A stretch of 59,087 bases of DNA, the filler included, from Sphacelaria rigidula (Eukaryota): assembly GCA_964200075.2 (NCBI GenBank). It is 6 parts of 6 records of this genome, joined end to end, with 100 filler letters (N's around TTAATTAATTAA, not from the genome) between each part and the next. Parts side by side here need not be neighbours in the genome. Positions count along the whole stretch, not along the records: positions 29,596 to 39,360 come from CAXNAA020007814.1; positions 39,461 to 49,224 come from CAXNAA020007815.1; 4 more parts are not named here. One strand, 5' to 3'. This document shows, in pieces, positions 35,391 to 48,553 of the stretch. Numbering within the stretch: the stretch's first letter is position 1; each line of letters starts with the position of its first letter. The notes under the pieces are model-generated. The model was given only the letters and a program-made list of their open reading frames with translations. It did not search any database and was not told the origin of the DNA. The position numbers and the translations under genes were made by a program.

Positions 35391-36784
35391 ACCACCAACA
35401 ACGCCAAAGTAGGATGCGTGCTTAAAAGGCATCGGTTCCTGGCGGGTTCGCGGCGCCATTTGGTCTCCTACGCGGTGGTACGTCAAAGGCTAAACGATTC
35501 GGACTTGCTAAAAAGCAAGGGCCATCGCCACCGGTCGTAACGCGTCACAACTCCTCGTGGCGGGTGCGCGTTACGTAGTAGGGGTCAGCCGTTTATTCTC
35601 CTATTGATTAGACCTTGTGTAATACTCGTAACATGATAGAGGCTAGCTAGCCGTTTATTCTCCCATTAAGTCAATATTTCTGAAGGGGAAAATTTCTCCC
35701 CCCTTTGCTCTCTTGTTGTGGGCCAAGCGTTATAACCTGTAAGTATTGTAACTGCATCATACGTTCCTACGGTAAGATTGCCTCTTTCTTCCGAAAAAGG
35801 TAGGCCTACCGCTTCTCCCGCTGCAAGCTGCTGTGGCAGTCCTACCGTCGACGGGTAAAGATTTGACGTGCATCCACATGTATGGGAACCCGTGTATATT
35901 GTGCCATTGACACGTTGCATTACCTGATACCTAGGGTACACGGCAACCAGCAGGAAATGGGCAAGAGGGCACCAAGTCGACTTTTTTGCTTATTATGCCA
36001 CCAGCGAGGCAACTTGAGTCCGCTACGTGTTCGTCCCTCCCTGCGCTTAAACGCGAATATAACGAACGGCGGGCCTCCAAGCAGTGATTGGTCACTTGAC
36101 GAAGAATTTGTCATCGCACTTTTTGTTCTCCGGGGGGGATACCAAATTTGTGGTGGGAAGAAAACCTATGTCCACACACGTGCTGCACAGAGGGAAAGCA
36201 AGCTCTATCGATGGTCCACACCGCCGGAGAAGAGCTGAGACCGGACGACGCGCTCAAAGATCTGAAAACATAACTTAGTTGTCTAGATATCAGTCAGTTT
36301 CTTCATGAGGAAGAGCATGTTCCTGACATTCCTCGGCTTCCACAATCTCAATCGCTTAATAACATCCCACCATGGACTCCTTCTATTCTACCGAAAATGA
36401 CTTATTTGCGCTCAAAACTACACGCAGGCATTTTAATTAAGTACCCAGAGCGGGACACAGCCCTCGTGATCATCGATTTTCCATGGCGTCCAGAGCGGTT
36501 TTCCACCTGACGTCGACGGCAGAACTCCGGTGGGAGTAAATCTTCTTCATGGTCATTTTCCCCCGGCAAAGGGAGATTAAGTGACGGGTGCTCTTCCTTC
36601 TTACTTGTTTCTCGCACAAATTGTGCGATGTTCTTTTGCGACCAGCTTCGTGCCAGGGGACAACGAGCTTTGTGCAGCTCTTGCCTGCAGACCGTGGCGG
36701 GTGGTAAACAACCAAGAAGACAGACTGTTAAATGTTTGCTCCCGTCTTGGTTTTCCGCTGTCCTTAACATTTGCTCCTCTTTTT

Positions 36785-36867
36785 GCTGCTGCTGCTGCTG
36801 TTGTTGTTGTCGTTGTTGTCGTCGTTGTTGTCGTTGTCGTTGCCGTTGCCGTTGTCGTTGTCGTTGT
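36785..36867. repeat. Compound trinucleotide microsatellite (GCT/GTT/GTC)
   Basis: Directly visible. Confidence 0.9.
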
Positions 36868-36918
36868 GTTTTCTCCTTCTCTCGGCGACATCACGACGTC
36901 TACACACGCACTGCAAAG

Positions 36919-37097
36919 CTCGTCCGAGGGACAGCGAGCTTTATCGTTTGTCTACATCGTGGGATACCAAGACCAGGCGACGCACTTCAAGCACGCCGGA
37001 TCGGACGCCCTGGAGCTGTTTGACAACGCCACCATTAAACGGGCGTCCACGCACCCCACCACTGACGCGCTCATCAACTTACCCGTGTCGGAAGGGG
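36919..37097 (+). CDS. Bacterial-type Ig-like repeat protein, exon C
   Basis: AAG acceptor, phase-2 start matching exon B, GTGAGT donor. LSFVYIVGYQD...ALELFDNATIKRAS...ALINLP fits 'L.F.Y.V..GD......AL.L....I......A.L.LP'. Confidence 0.75.
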
Positions 37098-37524
37098 GTG
37101 AGTGGACACGGCCATTGTTGAGAAACACCGCGGTGTGAAGAGGGTACCTCCACAAGCGACTGGATGTTCACTTCGCACGTCATCCCCATAGAAAATTCAA
37201 CTTCCGAGTGTTATTTGTTTTCGTGGAATAGACATTTTGGACTCATGTATATGATTGTATGAACCAAAAGATTGCGGACGGACCTCTCGAAAAAACGTCA
37301 TCACGATCATGAAAGGTAAATATCTAATTCCCACCGCATTCTGAACACATTCAGCTCCCTCAAGACCGTTTTCTCAGGACACCACGCACCCACAAGTCGA
37401 ATTTCCCGCGAGTAATGGACCCTCTGAGGTCGCCCTGAAGATCGTGAATTTTGAACGCCCTTTTTCATTATGTTTATTCTCTTCTAGTCTGAAGGGATCA
37501 ACTCATCTTGCCTCCGCTACACAC

Positions 37525-38509
37525 GTGAACAAGGCAATAGAGAAGGGTAGGGCATAGATAGGCAAGATGGACGTGATCGTAAGGAACTCGCACCTAAATA
37601 CTAGGGTTTAGAGATGTGTCCTGATGAACGCGATTGTACCAAAGCTGGAATATACAGGAAACGTGTGGGAGGGGAACGCGAAGTTGGTGAGAAAGCTGAA
37701 AATGTTACAGATGACAACATCTAAGAAAATACTTGGATGCTCGAAAACGACGCGAAGACAGCATTGAGGGCAGAGTTGGAAATGTACCCACTTGAAACGA
37801 ATAGAGACATGAGGGAATCGACACAAGAACGCGAGAAGAGAAGCAGAGGAAGATATTGCCAGCCATAGTTGATAGGGCCGTATGAGAAAAAATGACAAAA
37901 GGGCAGGCTGGAATAGGGTGGGATAGCGTAGTCGAGAAAGTATGGAAGGAGATAGAAGGAAACCAAGAGGAGACACTGTCCACAGGTGAATGTGGTCGGT
38001 ACAAAACAAAAGTAAGAGGCATGGTAGAAATACGAGGGGGAAGATCCAACACGGAAAGAAGACGAGGAAGAACACCTGATGATGTACAGTGGGTTGAGAG
38101 AGGGGATAGGGGTGAAAACATATTTGCATAACCCAATGGACGCCGCGAAAAAAAATGAAATCGCGATTTCGGGTGGCGGACCTGGACCTGCCGGAAAGAA
38201 GAAAGAGGTATACCAGTCGTCGAGTGGAGGAGGACGTAGATGCACAGAATTGCCCCTGTGGCAAAGCAATAGAGAGTAGAACCCATATAGTGGCAGAAAG
38301 TGAACTATACAAGGAGGAACGGGACGTGCTAGAGGGGGAAATGTGCAAAATAAACGATGGTGGGATATAATCGTTTGATGCATTAGACAGGGGCGAGAAA
38401 ACGATGACTATACTAGGAGGTATATGGTGGCCACAAACGGCAAAACAGGACGAAGATAACATTTGTGAAACGTTTTGTGTATCGTATAGAAGAACCGTGA
38501 TGAGCGCCG
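37525..38509 (+). mobile_element. Degenerate LINE ORF2 3' part (RT thumb to CCHC-type zinc knuckle)
   Basis: VLMNAIVPKLEYTGNVW...KKILGCSKTT...LRAELEMYPL...RFRVADLDLPERRKRY...CPCGKAIESRTHIVAE...WWPQTAKQ, with stops and frameshifts. Confidence 0.85.
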
Positions 38510-39316
38510 TGGGCTGTAATCGGTCAGCGAGGTACCTTGATCATTTTACACTACACTATCGTGAGACACAAAATACGGTCTAGCGGCGGTATCCGTTTGT
38601 GCCAGTTTGGTAAAAATAATCAACATACCATTACTCTTGCCCGGGTACGTCAATCATGAGCGCATAGCTGACATCAAAGTGAGAATAGCGATACCTGTGT
38701 TCTCTTTGAGTTCGGCACCGCTCGGAAGTTGTGGTCGAAATAATTATCAGACTTTCCATACTGCGAAGTAAATGACTAGGAAGTTGCATTCATCATTTCT
38801 TGGAGGTTTTGCTCAAGATTTCAGAGTTAGGACCTGAAATTTTTAGGAGTGGGAGTATTTCTCTTTCCTGCATTTTATTCCGAAGATTTCCTTTGCCGAA
38901 ATTGAGTCGAATGAAGTAACCTTTGTAAAATTGAAATACAGAAGATTCCCCTAGGCATGGCTTTGTAGTGATCGGCTTGCACCCCTCCTCAGAATTTCAG
39001 TCCCCAGCTCTCAATCCTCTAGCGAAAAATCGACGGCTGTACTTTTTCTCTCCTAAAGTAGGGGGATCAGCTTGTGTTGAGAGATTACTCACGCCTACGT
39101 CGGTTATATCTACATTACCTCATTTGTCGAAGAGAGACTGATGTGGCAAAAGAGACGCAATTGAGAAAAACTGTCATCAGAAAAACCGAATCACAAATCT
39201 CCTGATTTGTCAAGTGCAATCTTCAGCGGAACGCTCGAGTAAGAACCAAATGACGATTGGCTTTGTTTTTCCTCGTGTGCACACGACTCCTACTGCTGCT
39301 GCTACTTGATCGAGGG

Positions 39317-39350
<34 letters not shown>

Positions 39351-39360
39351 ACCCCCCCCC

Positions 39361-39460
39361 NNNNNNNNNNNNNNNNNNNNNNNNNNNNNNNNNNNNNNNN
39401 NNNNTTAATTAATTAANNNNNNNNNNNNNNNNNNNNNNNNNNNNNNNNNNNNNNNNNNNN
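39361..39460. other. Artificial contig spacer
   Basis: N44-TTAATTAATTAA-N44. Confidence 0.98.
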
Positions 39461-39920
39461 GGAGTTGAGGTTCTCCCACGCCGCACAACATGATCTAGCT
39501 CGACCACTATCATGGTTACCGCAAAAAAAACGCAAGCGAAGAATAAAAACGGTAACTTGGTTGCCTAGCGTACGCAGTGGCGTACTTTACAGCGTCGTTG
39601 CCAACTGACGTCAACCCTAAAAAAGGAGATAGATGGGCGGGGGGAAGGTGTGCTCATGATCGTGCATGCCGTAGTAATATAACGATTGACCTCGCTTTCC
39701 TACAAAGCTGGGACGGAGCACGCGGGGGTTTCGCCGGACCAGGCTTGCAATCAATCATCCAGCGCGAAGGGCCGTGATGTGTTTGGCGAGTTGCATAAAG
39801 GGTGAGCTGCATCCTGCAGAGATAGTTCAGCCCGAAGCGCACTGATTGTCTTCCATTTGTATGACAACCTACAATGAGTTGCTTCATATTCTGGTGTCGC
39901 CACTTCCGAAGACAGGCAGA
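39461..39920 (-). mobile_element. Two C-tailed SINE-like copies (5' part 39461-39620; truncated copy 39648-39920)
   Basis: Reverse-complement homology to 563-1069. The second copy is flanked by TGGGCGGGGGAAGG and TGGGAGGGGAAGG. Confidence 0.8.
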
Positions 39921-40014
39921 TAACTGATTGGGTGGGAGGGGAAGGGGGCAAAACGCAGCACTACACATCAACCACGTTCTACTCTGCTGTTACAATGCAT
40001 CATCGTACCTTGTG

Positions 40015-40512
40015 GGGGGGGAGAGGGTGTACTCATGATCCTGCATGCTATAGTCATAAAACCATTGACCCCGCTTCCCCACAAAGCCGGGACGGAGTAC
40101 GCCGGGTTTTCCGCCGGCCAGGCTCGCAATCAATCACCAAACGCCAAGCGCCGTGATGTGTTCGGCGAGTCGCATGAATGGTGAGCTGCATCCTGCCAAG
40201 ATAGTTCGGCCCGAAGCGTACTGATTTTCTTGGATATGGATTACAGCCTTCAATGGGTTACTTCAGTTTCTGATATTGCCACAGGTTACACCGCCCCATG
40301 GGTGTCTCACTATTCGAACAGTACGCGGTACGACCATCCCCTTTACGCGGAATTGAGGTTCTCCACCCCGCACAATATGATCTAACTCGATCACCTCGTG
40401 GTCACCGCAAAAAATACAAAAGCGAAACGAAATGTTTTTCAAACTCGTTGCCCAGCTTACGCAGTAAGTGGCGTCTTTTATATCGTCGTTGCCAACCGAC
40501 GCCAACCCTTAA
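40015..40512 (-). mobile_element. C-tailed SINE-like retroposon, full-length
   Basis: G run, then GTACTCATGATC...GCCAACCGACGCCAACCCTTAA. TACCTTGTG plus a G run occurs on both flanks. Confidence 0.85.
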
Positions 40513-41354
40513 CAGGGGGGCTACCTTGTGTGTGGGGGGGCTGGGGGCGATGAGAAATTAAAATAAGCTCGTACATGTGGGATTACTTTTCTTCCCCCTT
40601 TTTTGGGTTCTTGCTGTGTTCTTCAAACTCATTCCTTGCCCCCTCCCGCTCTTTTTCGGGATGAGCCTGTCGTCTAAAGGGACCGACCCATGCCTCCATC
40701 GGTACTCGCCTAATACATTTTGATCGAGCGTTAGATCGTCACTCCTCCCAGCGATGGATATTATCGAATTTCGTCACAACAGTATTATTTTCCCCGTCCT
40801 ACACCTGCAAACTAGTTCTACACCTCCAAACTAGTTCTTGCTTCCTTCGTGGGGGTTGAATTGGGCTACGGCTGTATGGTGTATTTTCGGGCATGTATGA
40901 TCCCAAAACGAGATATAGCGCCGCCACATGATTCTTGTGCAACACGCATCACGTCACTGACGGGAGTTTTGCCCCCAGTTTCGCGGATCGCTAGGTTTCC
41001 ATGTTTCGCAAACGGTCACATGCCAAACATCCAACGGGCGGGGAGGAATGAGATGCCTGTGAGGATATTTCAACACTTCCACATCCTCTCCGCACAATTT
41101 GTTCGTTTCGGGTTACGTTATTTTTGGCCCAGAGACCGCTTGTCAAACATATAACAACCCATCGAATCGAAAAAGCAGGCGCCAAGGTTCGTGTCAGTAA
41201 CAGGATGGATATGAAATGCGCAAAACACAGGTCGGTGACGTCTCCGGTCTTGGGGGGTCCGGGAACGCTGGAAGAAAATACCCACCAAAAGTCAGGAAAC
41301 ACGACCCGAAGAAGCATTCGATACCCACAAGATGTTGCCTGTTGGTGCCCACAC

Positions 41355-41454
41355 CTGCTGCCTGGGAGGAGCGCAGTCGGCTATCACCGATCGTATCGCC
41401 ACCAGCGATGCGTTCATTGCCAAATCTAGCAGCCACAGCGCGAACACAGCCAGC
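41355..41454 (-). CDS. SUT/SLC45-like (MFS, GPH family) sugar transporter, exon 3 of those seen
   Basis: CAG/GT boundaries. LAVFALWLLDLAMNASLVAIRSVIADCAP matches SUT/SLC45 'FW.LD...N......RA...D'. Confidence 0.82.
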
Positions 41455-42089
41455 CTGGTACCGGCGGTTGCATTGCTGCACGACCACAACAAAAGCGCGG
41501 GAGGCAGGGGTTTCGTAAGAGACACAACACTTTACAAGTAAAGTACTGTATCCTTGGGGTAGCCGTACCTCTGATGCGCTCTGGCTGATCCGACTTGGGA
41601 CGGATTCGGTAGTAGTTTAAAAAGCTTTTCCCTCACAGTGTTACCAGGCAGCTGAAATGGAGTAGGGTGAGTGAGGATTCAAGGCTAACATTTGTTTTCG
41701 TGTGGACTGATCACTGGTACGCAGTATAGGATTTCATCATTTCATCCAACACCAGGAGAAATACCACCCGGCGTGACTTCTTCCAGACCACAGCGGAAGC
41801 TCGCCCCATAGACCGGGGACCTTCAATACAACCAGTAAGCACTCCTTTTTTCGTTTGCTTGATTTGTGGGGCATGTCATAACATTGATTGATGTAGAAGC
41901 ACGCATAGCACAAGCATGGAAATCCAACACTTCGACGGGAGAGTGGAGAGTGAGTCTCCAGCAGAGAAAATGGAAAACGTTTGTTGTCGAATCGACATTG
42001 GTCACCCTTGACCGATTGGCTCTCAAAGGCCGATCTCAGCTCACTGTGCGAACCTCACGCCGCTCGATTTATCTGTGCAGGCGAGATGA

Positions 42090-45000
42090 TTCAGCTCTTC
42101 TACAGAGGCAAGAACCCCATCGGCCACAGCACTACAACCGTCGTCTATATCTGTTTCGAGACCGGCTGTGACGTCATTGAACTCCGAGAGACCAGACGTG
42201 AGCAGCAGGGTTTAATTACCCATATGGGGTACGTGGTGATGTTGAGTGGAGCGGGTGCTCAGACAAAGGATGAGAAGGAAGTGCACGGGGTGGGATTTCC
42301 GATCCGGCAGGCTATCCGGGACAGACTGGAGGATGGAGACAGGGTGAGCAGTGCATCAGTCCAAGGACGATGAAGGTACGCCTACCGCTCTGCAATTCGA
42401 ACGGAATATCTTTCGTGCCTGGATACGCACATACAAAGAACATTAATACTACTCCTGACGACCAGTTGTAGAGAGCAGCAGATGCCGCGATCCGGTAAAT
42501 GACCGCCTTGTGGTCATGATGGACGCTAATGCTCGGATGGGTAGGAGAAGAGATGGGTGTAGTGATACCAAAGTGCTTGGTGTGTGCGGGCGCGATATCC
42601 TGAATGGCAACGGGGAACAGCTTCTCGATCTCGCCTGGAACAACAAACTGTCCGTCACCAACACGTTTTTCACCACACGGAAGAGCGGAGCCTTACACAC
42701 GTTTCAACAAGCCAACAGCTGGAGGGAACAACGTCGCCTAGAATACATGGTCGTTCAACAGCGAACCTGACACTTGTGCGTGATGTTTCAGCACGCCGCG
42801 TGGACTACGAAGGCTCATACAACAACCCCTGGTCCGCTACCGTTCGACTTCGCCATCGAATTGCTCCTTACCAACGCAAGAGAGAAAGCGACAACAACGA
42901 CGCACGCACCACCATCGACCCGGAACACCCTCCGGAGTGAATCCCAGCACCGAATCCAGCACGGGATCTATTACTCCCCCCTCCCTGTCTGTGTCGACCG
43001 TGGTCGAGATGGCTGCGACGCTCACGAATATCACGTGTCTGCAGCCGTGGACATCGCCCCCCGGACTAAGGGCAAACGAGGACCGAAGGATTGGTGTGCG
43101 AGCGAGGTCATGAAGCGGGAGATTCACGAGGCGGTGAGGAAGAGGGGGTAGCCTGGCGACAACTCCGCGGTGCCCGAACGGCAACGCTCTCCGAATGGAA
43201 CTGACGACGGCGGCGAAAGAGCTCAACCGACGGAGAGACGGAGCCGTGTGTGAGTTCTTCGAGATATATGCGACGCAGCTCGAGAAAATGAAGCCATGAT
43301 TGGGCGTGGAAGGAAAACGATCCTTTGCCTCCGAGAAGATCAAGGGTGAGGACGACAAGCTGATGCGGGACCCTGCCTTCATCGTAGAGCGGTGGACCAG
43401 GTGGTTCCACGAACTTCTTGGCACCAAGTCGCCATCCCTTCATCCGCGAATGGCCGAGCGTGTCGAGCAGTGGCCCCAGTGTGTGCCGTTCGATGCTATA
43501 CCGTCCAGGCGCGAGGTCGAGGAAGCAATACAGGGAATGGCCGACAGGGAAGCAGCAGGACCGGACGAGCGCCCGGCAGACCTTATCAACCTACTCCTCC
43601 ATAGAGGTCAATACCTCCTCTGGCGATTCCAGGGTATCATGGTCACCATGTGGCACACGGGAGGGGTGCCTCAGCAGTGCAGGGGCGCCTCCAATAAGGC
43701 GCTGTTCAAGAAGGAGGACACGACGGAGTGTGGCAACTTCCTGGGCATCTTCCTCGTGGCACACGCCGACAAAGTAGTACTCGAGCTCGTCGCCACACGT
43801 TGAGCAACCACTGCGAGCGTGAGGGCATCCTTTCGGGGGAGCGAAGCGACTTCCGTCCAGCTCACTCGACCTACGACATGATACTTGTGGTCCGGGGATT
43901 CCACGAGCTGGTGTGGAAGAAGGGCACTCTCTCCTCCACGCGTGCTTGATATGACCTTACCAAGGCATACGACTCCATCGATCGACAGCTGCTATGTACC
44001 GTGCTCAATCCGTTCGACGTGCCCCCCAAGATGCTGGCGATCATCCGCCAGTTTCACGATGCATGATGGTGCGCGTGCGGATGGACGATGGGATGTGCTT
44101 CGATTGGTTCGACATGGACCAGGGGCTCTCACAGGGGTGTAACGTAGCACCGCTGCTGTTCAATCTTTCATTCGCCGCAATGATCATGGTGCCAGCAGAC
44201 GAGCTCGCCAAAAGACGACGAGGAGATGGCGGACATGGTGAACATCAAGAGAGAGGCAAGGGGAAAGGGAGAGGTCACAACGGCGGAGGCTGCGGAGCCG
44301 CCGTGATGCATGCCGTATCCTGACGATGCGGGCATCGTTCCGCGGTCGCCGGAGAGCCTCGACAAGATAATGCCGACCATCGTGCGCGTTTATCGTTATG
44401 TTCGAAATTGATGGTTTTGGAGCGGAAGGCGGAGATCATGTACGTACTGCCTTAAGAGATGGAGGAGTGCCCACTCTGTGTCAATGCCGGCGGCCAGGAC
44501 GACAAGCAAAACAGCAGGTTTGTGTACCTCAGGGGAAATATTTACGAGCACGGGAGGGTGTCTGCCCCCAAGCATGGAGATGCCACAGGTTGGATGGCCA
44601 ATCGATGTACGACCGTCGGGAGTTCCCCCCCCCCGCTTAAAGTTCGACTGCTCCAAGCCGAAGTGGTTGAGACCCTTCTGTACAGGTGCACGACGTGGAA
44701 ACTAAGGTCGACGCACTACACCAAGCTCAGCGGGGCCCACCGCTATTTCCTCACGCGCTGCGTCGGAGTAAACAGGAGGACGCGCACGGACCGCTCTCTA
44801 TCCTACACCAAGGTACTTCTCAAAAATCGACTGCACCGAGACCATCGAAGACACCGTGCGCAAGCAGAGACTAACTCTTCGTGAGATTCGTCATGTGCAT
44901 GAGAGACGACCGATTCCCAAAGCGCATCATGGTGGGAACGCTGGAGGGGGGAAAGGGGTACAGAGGAGGGCAAGAGCGCGACCGAATGCATTGTCTAGAA

Positions 45001-46010
45001 AATGATCTTGATTCGTTTGGTATGGAAGGAGAGGCAGCGGAGGGGAGGTGGAAAACGAACGCCAAGGACCTGGGCAAATGGCACGTCAAGGTGGAGAAAG
45101 GGATGGAATGGTTCATGGCGAAATTGCATCGACAAATGCAGGAAGCACCGGCGAAGCGGCGTTTGGAGGGAGAAGAAAGTGAAGCAAATAAACAAGCAAA
45201 CAACGGAGGGCGAGGTCGCAGACCGACCGAAATAAAAGCGAAACGACAAAGGGGACGGAATGAGAAAAAACGAAATTGGAAAGCGAGCCCCCCCCCCTGC
45301 ACCACTGCCAGAGAAGAGACGAGAATGGAGGAGGCAGAGTGCGTGGCGGGATTCGTCACCGACAGAGGATACCGCACCCCCCTACACACCCCCTCCCCAT
45401 CCCCACTCGTGGCGCAATGTCTAATCATAATCGTATTTTCCTTTCTCCGCATCCTGCCCCCCCTTTTATTTCCCCCTTTCCTCCTGTCTCGTATTTCCAT
45501 CACGTCTTCCGGTTTTTTTGTTCGGATACTGTTTTCTTGTGGTCCTGCCCTGTCCTGCTTTGTTCTTAATCGTCCTCGTTGTGTAGGCTCGTACTTGGAC
45601 CCTATCATCCTTTTACTCTGTCCCGCCGTCTTGCCTTGCCTTGCCTTGCCTTGCTCGGCCTGGCCTTGCCCTACCCTGACTTGTTCGATATGCTGACCTG
45701 TGCGGTTTCCCTATTTTATATTTTTGGTCTCTTATGGCTCGCGTACCGTGTAGCCGACGAGTTTTCTTCTTGTTTCAGTTTGTTTGCTCGAGTGGTTCAC
45801 AGATATTTTGTGCTTTCTCCTTTTGCCGACGTGTTTGTAGAACCCCGCCCTTCGGTGCGCCGTACTTCCATGTCCTTGGGCGTTAGATTTTTATCCTTTG
45901 TTGCATTTTTGTGCTACGGTTTCGTGACCACGGGCGCTAGATTTATGGAAAATAGCTGATGTGAGAAACAACAACAACAACAACAACAACAACGACGACG
46001 ACAACGACAG
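42090..46010 (+). mobile_element. Degenerate RTE-like non-LTR retrotransposon (APE + RT), antisense in the transporter intron
   Basis: APE motifs CDVIELRETR, HGVGF, MMDANAR, NGNGEQLL, VTNTFF. RT motifs [50 protein letters not shown]. Pyrimidine-rich 3' UTR ends in (CAA)n. Many stops and frameshifts. Confidence 0.92.
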
Positions 46011-46170
46011 CAAAAAGGCAGAAATAAACACAACACTTTACACTTGGTCAGCCGATTCTCAGGAGATCTAGGATAGCATCGACAACGCTCGCACGCTGGG
46101 TACATGGCAGTTCTGTTTCTGTGATATCAAAGGCATGAAAGAATGGTATCATTCTGTTATTATCCATTAC

Positions 46171-46352
46171 CTTACATCTCCAGCACCAGCACCGGAGTCT
46201 GAACAACCAGAATCGGCGACGAGACACCGGGTTACCGCCCCAGCAGCGGGCAGTAGCGCAAGAGAGGTGGCCATGACACCAGCTCCGGCAGCGAAAAAGA
46301 TACTGCGTTGCCCTTGCCCCTCTCGGTGGTCCGAGATTACCCCGATGATCGG
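46171..46352 (-). CDS. SUT/SLC45-like transporter, exon 2 of those seen
   Basis: CAG acceptor, GTAATG donor, phase 2 matching the next exon. PIIGVISDHREGQGQRSIFFAAGAG corresponds to 'P.VG..SD.....GRRRPF...G'. Confidence 0.8.
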
Positions 46353-46620
46353 CTGTCATCATGGACAAAGCATCCCAGCGATGGTTTGGCGATATCGGGC
46401 ACATGAGGCTTGGGGTAGTGAGAGAAGCTTGCGTGTGCTAGGTGAAAAAGGCTCTGACCGCGGAGCGTTTCGGGATGAAGTTTCATTGCAGGAGAAGTCG
46501 AATAAAAAGTATACTGCGATACAATTTCATGCATACAGGACCGACCTTTCACGTATTCGATTTCGAATGTTGAAGTGTAACGTACGACATGCGCAATATT
46601 TGACTCATAGACTCATTATC

Positions 46621-46753
<133 letters not shown>

Positions 46754-47957
46754 TCAGCAAACGTGAAGAGCGCTTTTTTTGTTTCCTTACCGTGCTCGTT
46801 TTGTATTTTGCAAATGCGACAGCAACCCAGGCCCGCTCCACAACTTTCGGCCTTGAATACCGGAGATAAACGGGGTAGCAGGAGAGGTTTTGTGAATTCG
46901 TGCTCCCACTTTATTCGCCATGTCCGGTTCGACTGAGCGTGCACAGTGCAGTTACAGTGACACGTACGGACTGGTGAGCGCCTGTGATGGCACGACATGA
47001 TACTCTCAAAATGTACGTGAAGGATCAAACGTACATGTAGCGCGATCTAAGATTTGCGAATCGGAAATAAATCTCACGGCATACGCTGCACAGACAGCGA
47101 TTTGCACCGCATCAAGAATGGTATTGTCAGGCGCGACTGGATTGGAGACGTATCCCGTGCCTACGTGTTTTAAATAACCGGTGGCGCACTTCTCACGCCG
47201 AAGCACGCAGCATACAGTTTCATTCGTAGTACTGAGTGATGTCACGGTAGCGGTGCACTTTTTGGGCCAAACCTTGTCTGAGCCTGCATACTAAGGCCCA
47301 TATATTTGTCATAGAGAAGCTCCTACAACAAAGAGCCCCAGAAAACCAGAGTGCACTCCTACCGTGGCATTGCTCTACTACGGTACAGTTTGGGAATGTC
47401 ATTTGGTGTCACTGTACAAGGAGTCACTAGCTTGGAACTGTTACTGTCTAGAACTGATACTGTTCATGTTCACCTAGATCGTACAAGTACCACTCGATGC
47501 CGCAGTACTGGCAGGTTCCCGCTCAAAGCTCGGGACTGTCGTCGTAAGTGTACCTTCCACGCTCAGTCAGATCGAGCACGGGTAACAGTGAGGCATCAGA
47601 AGCGGCTCTCCGCCTCCGCGAAGAACTGAGCATACGCGGCAATGAACCGCTTCCGGTGTCTCTTTGCATCTGTGAGGTTCTTCGCCAGGAGATGCGGACC
47701 GAATCCCCGTGGGCGTCGCATTTGCGGAGTGCGAATCGTGAGCGGTAAAGAGGCGCACGAAACGGCCTTTTGCATCCGCGAGGTTTGTCGTCACATTTGT
47801 CCAGCGAAATTCCGGTACCCATCGTTCACCATTTTCGGGTGTCCTTCGGAATTCAAGTGCGTCCGTGAGAAAAGAGTAAACGGTTTCAGGAACAACTGCG
47901 GGGTTTGCAGTCACAACGTATTTTGCCGTCTCGGGCAAGCAGATGGCGGTATCTAGG

Positions 47958-48231
47958 GAGTAATGCTACAGTAGGGTTGCACTTTTTGTTCCTGGGTCTC
48001 TTTTTTGTAGGAGCCCAAATATATGGGGCTCGCTGTGCAACCCAAATCTCCGAGGGCCGGACTCCCAGAAACATGGCATTTGCACGCAGGGGCCTTTTCG
48101 TGAATCGGGATAATTTTCAGTCTTTTTCAAGTCAAAGTGATGCCGATTCTCAAGATGATCTATCCAACACCCCGAGCAGCCCCGAAAAACGTTTTCGCTG
48201 AAAAAGTTCAACGCCTACCGTAGCACTGCTC
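47958..48231. mobile_element. MITE homologous to 7657-7909
   Basis: TIRs GAGTAATGCTACAGTAGGGTTGCACTTTTT / AAAAAGTTCAACGCCTACCGTAGCACTGCTC. Confidence 0.7.
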
Positions 48232-48553
48232 TCGGGTAGTTTGTTTATATTGCTTCTGGAGATGCACCTGACTTCATCAAGAGTGCCTTGATATATCTCA
48301 ACGGGGCCCTTACCCGAATGGAAAAGTCTCATTCGTGAAGACTTCCCAGAAAAATGAACGGAAAAGCACCATTCTCAAGCATCACAAAGGAAAGACAAAA
48401 CGTGAGCTTCGCGGAGGTGTGCGTAACTTACCAGGTAGCGGCAAACTTCCGCAGTGTGCGTGTGTGCTTTAGTATGTACCCTGAAATCAAGAAACGTGTG
48501 CAGTACCACAGCGAGAGAAAAGGACAATCAGCCCGAACTCGAAGTGTAGATAC

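Noticed and set aside
35660-36720. Degenerate transposase (CKYC, VIIDF motifs)
   Set aside because: It may be a decayed TE gene, but the motifs are too weak to assign.
37608-38462. 284-aa minus-strand ORF, and other long ORFs such as 50701-51642, 44871-45608 and 46135-46869
   Set aside because: Antisense shadows of LINE or exon sequence, or microsatellite read-through.
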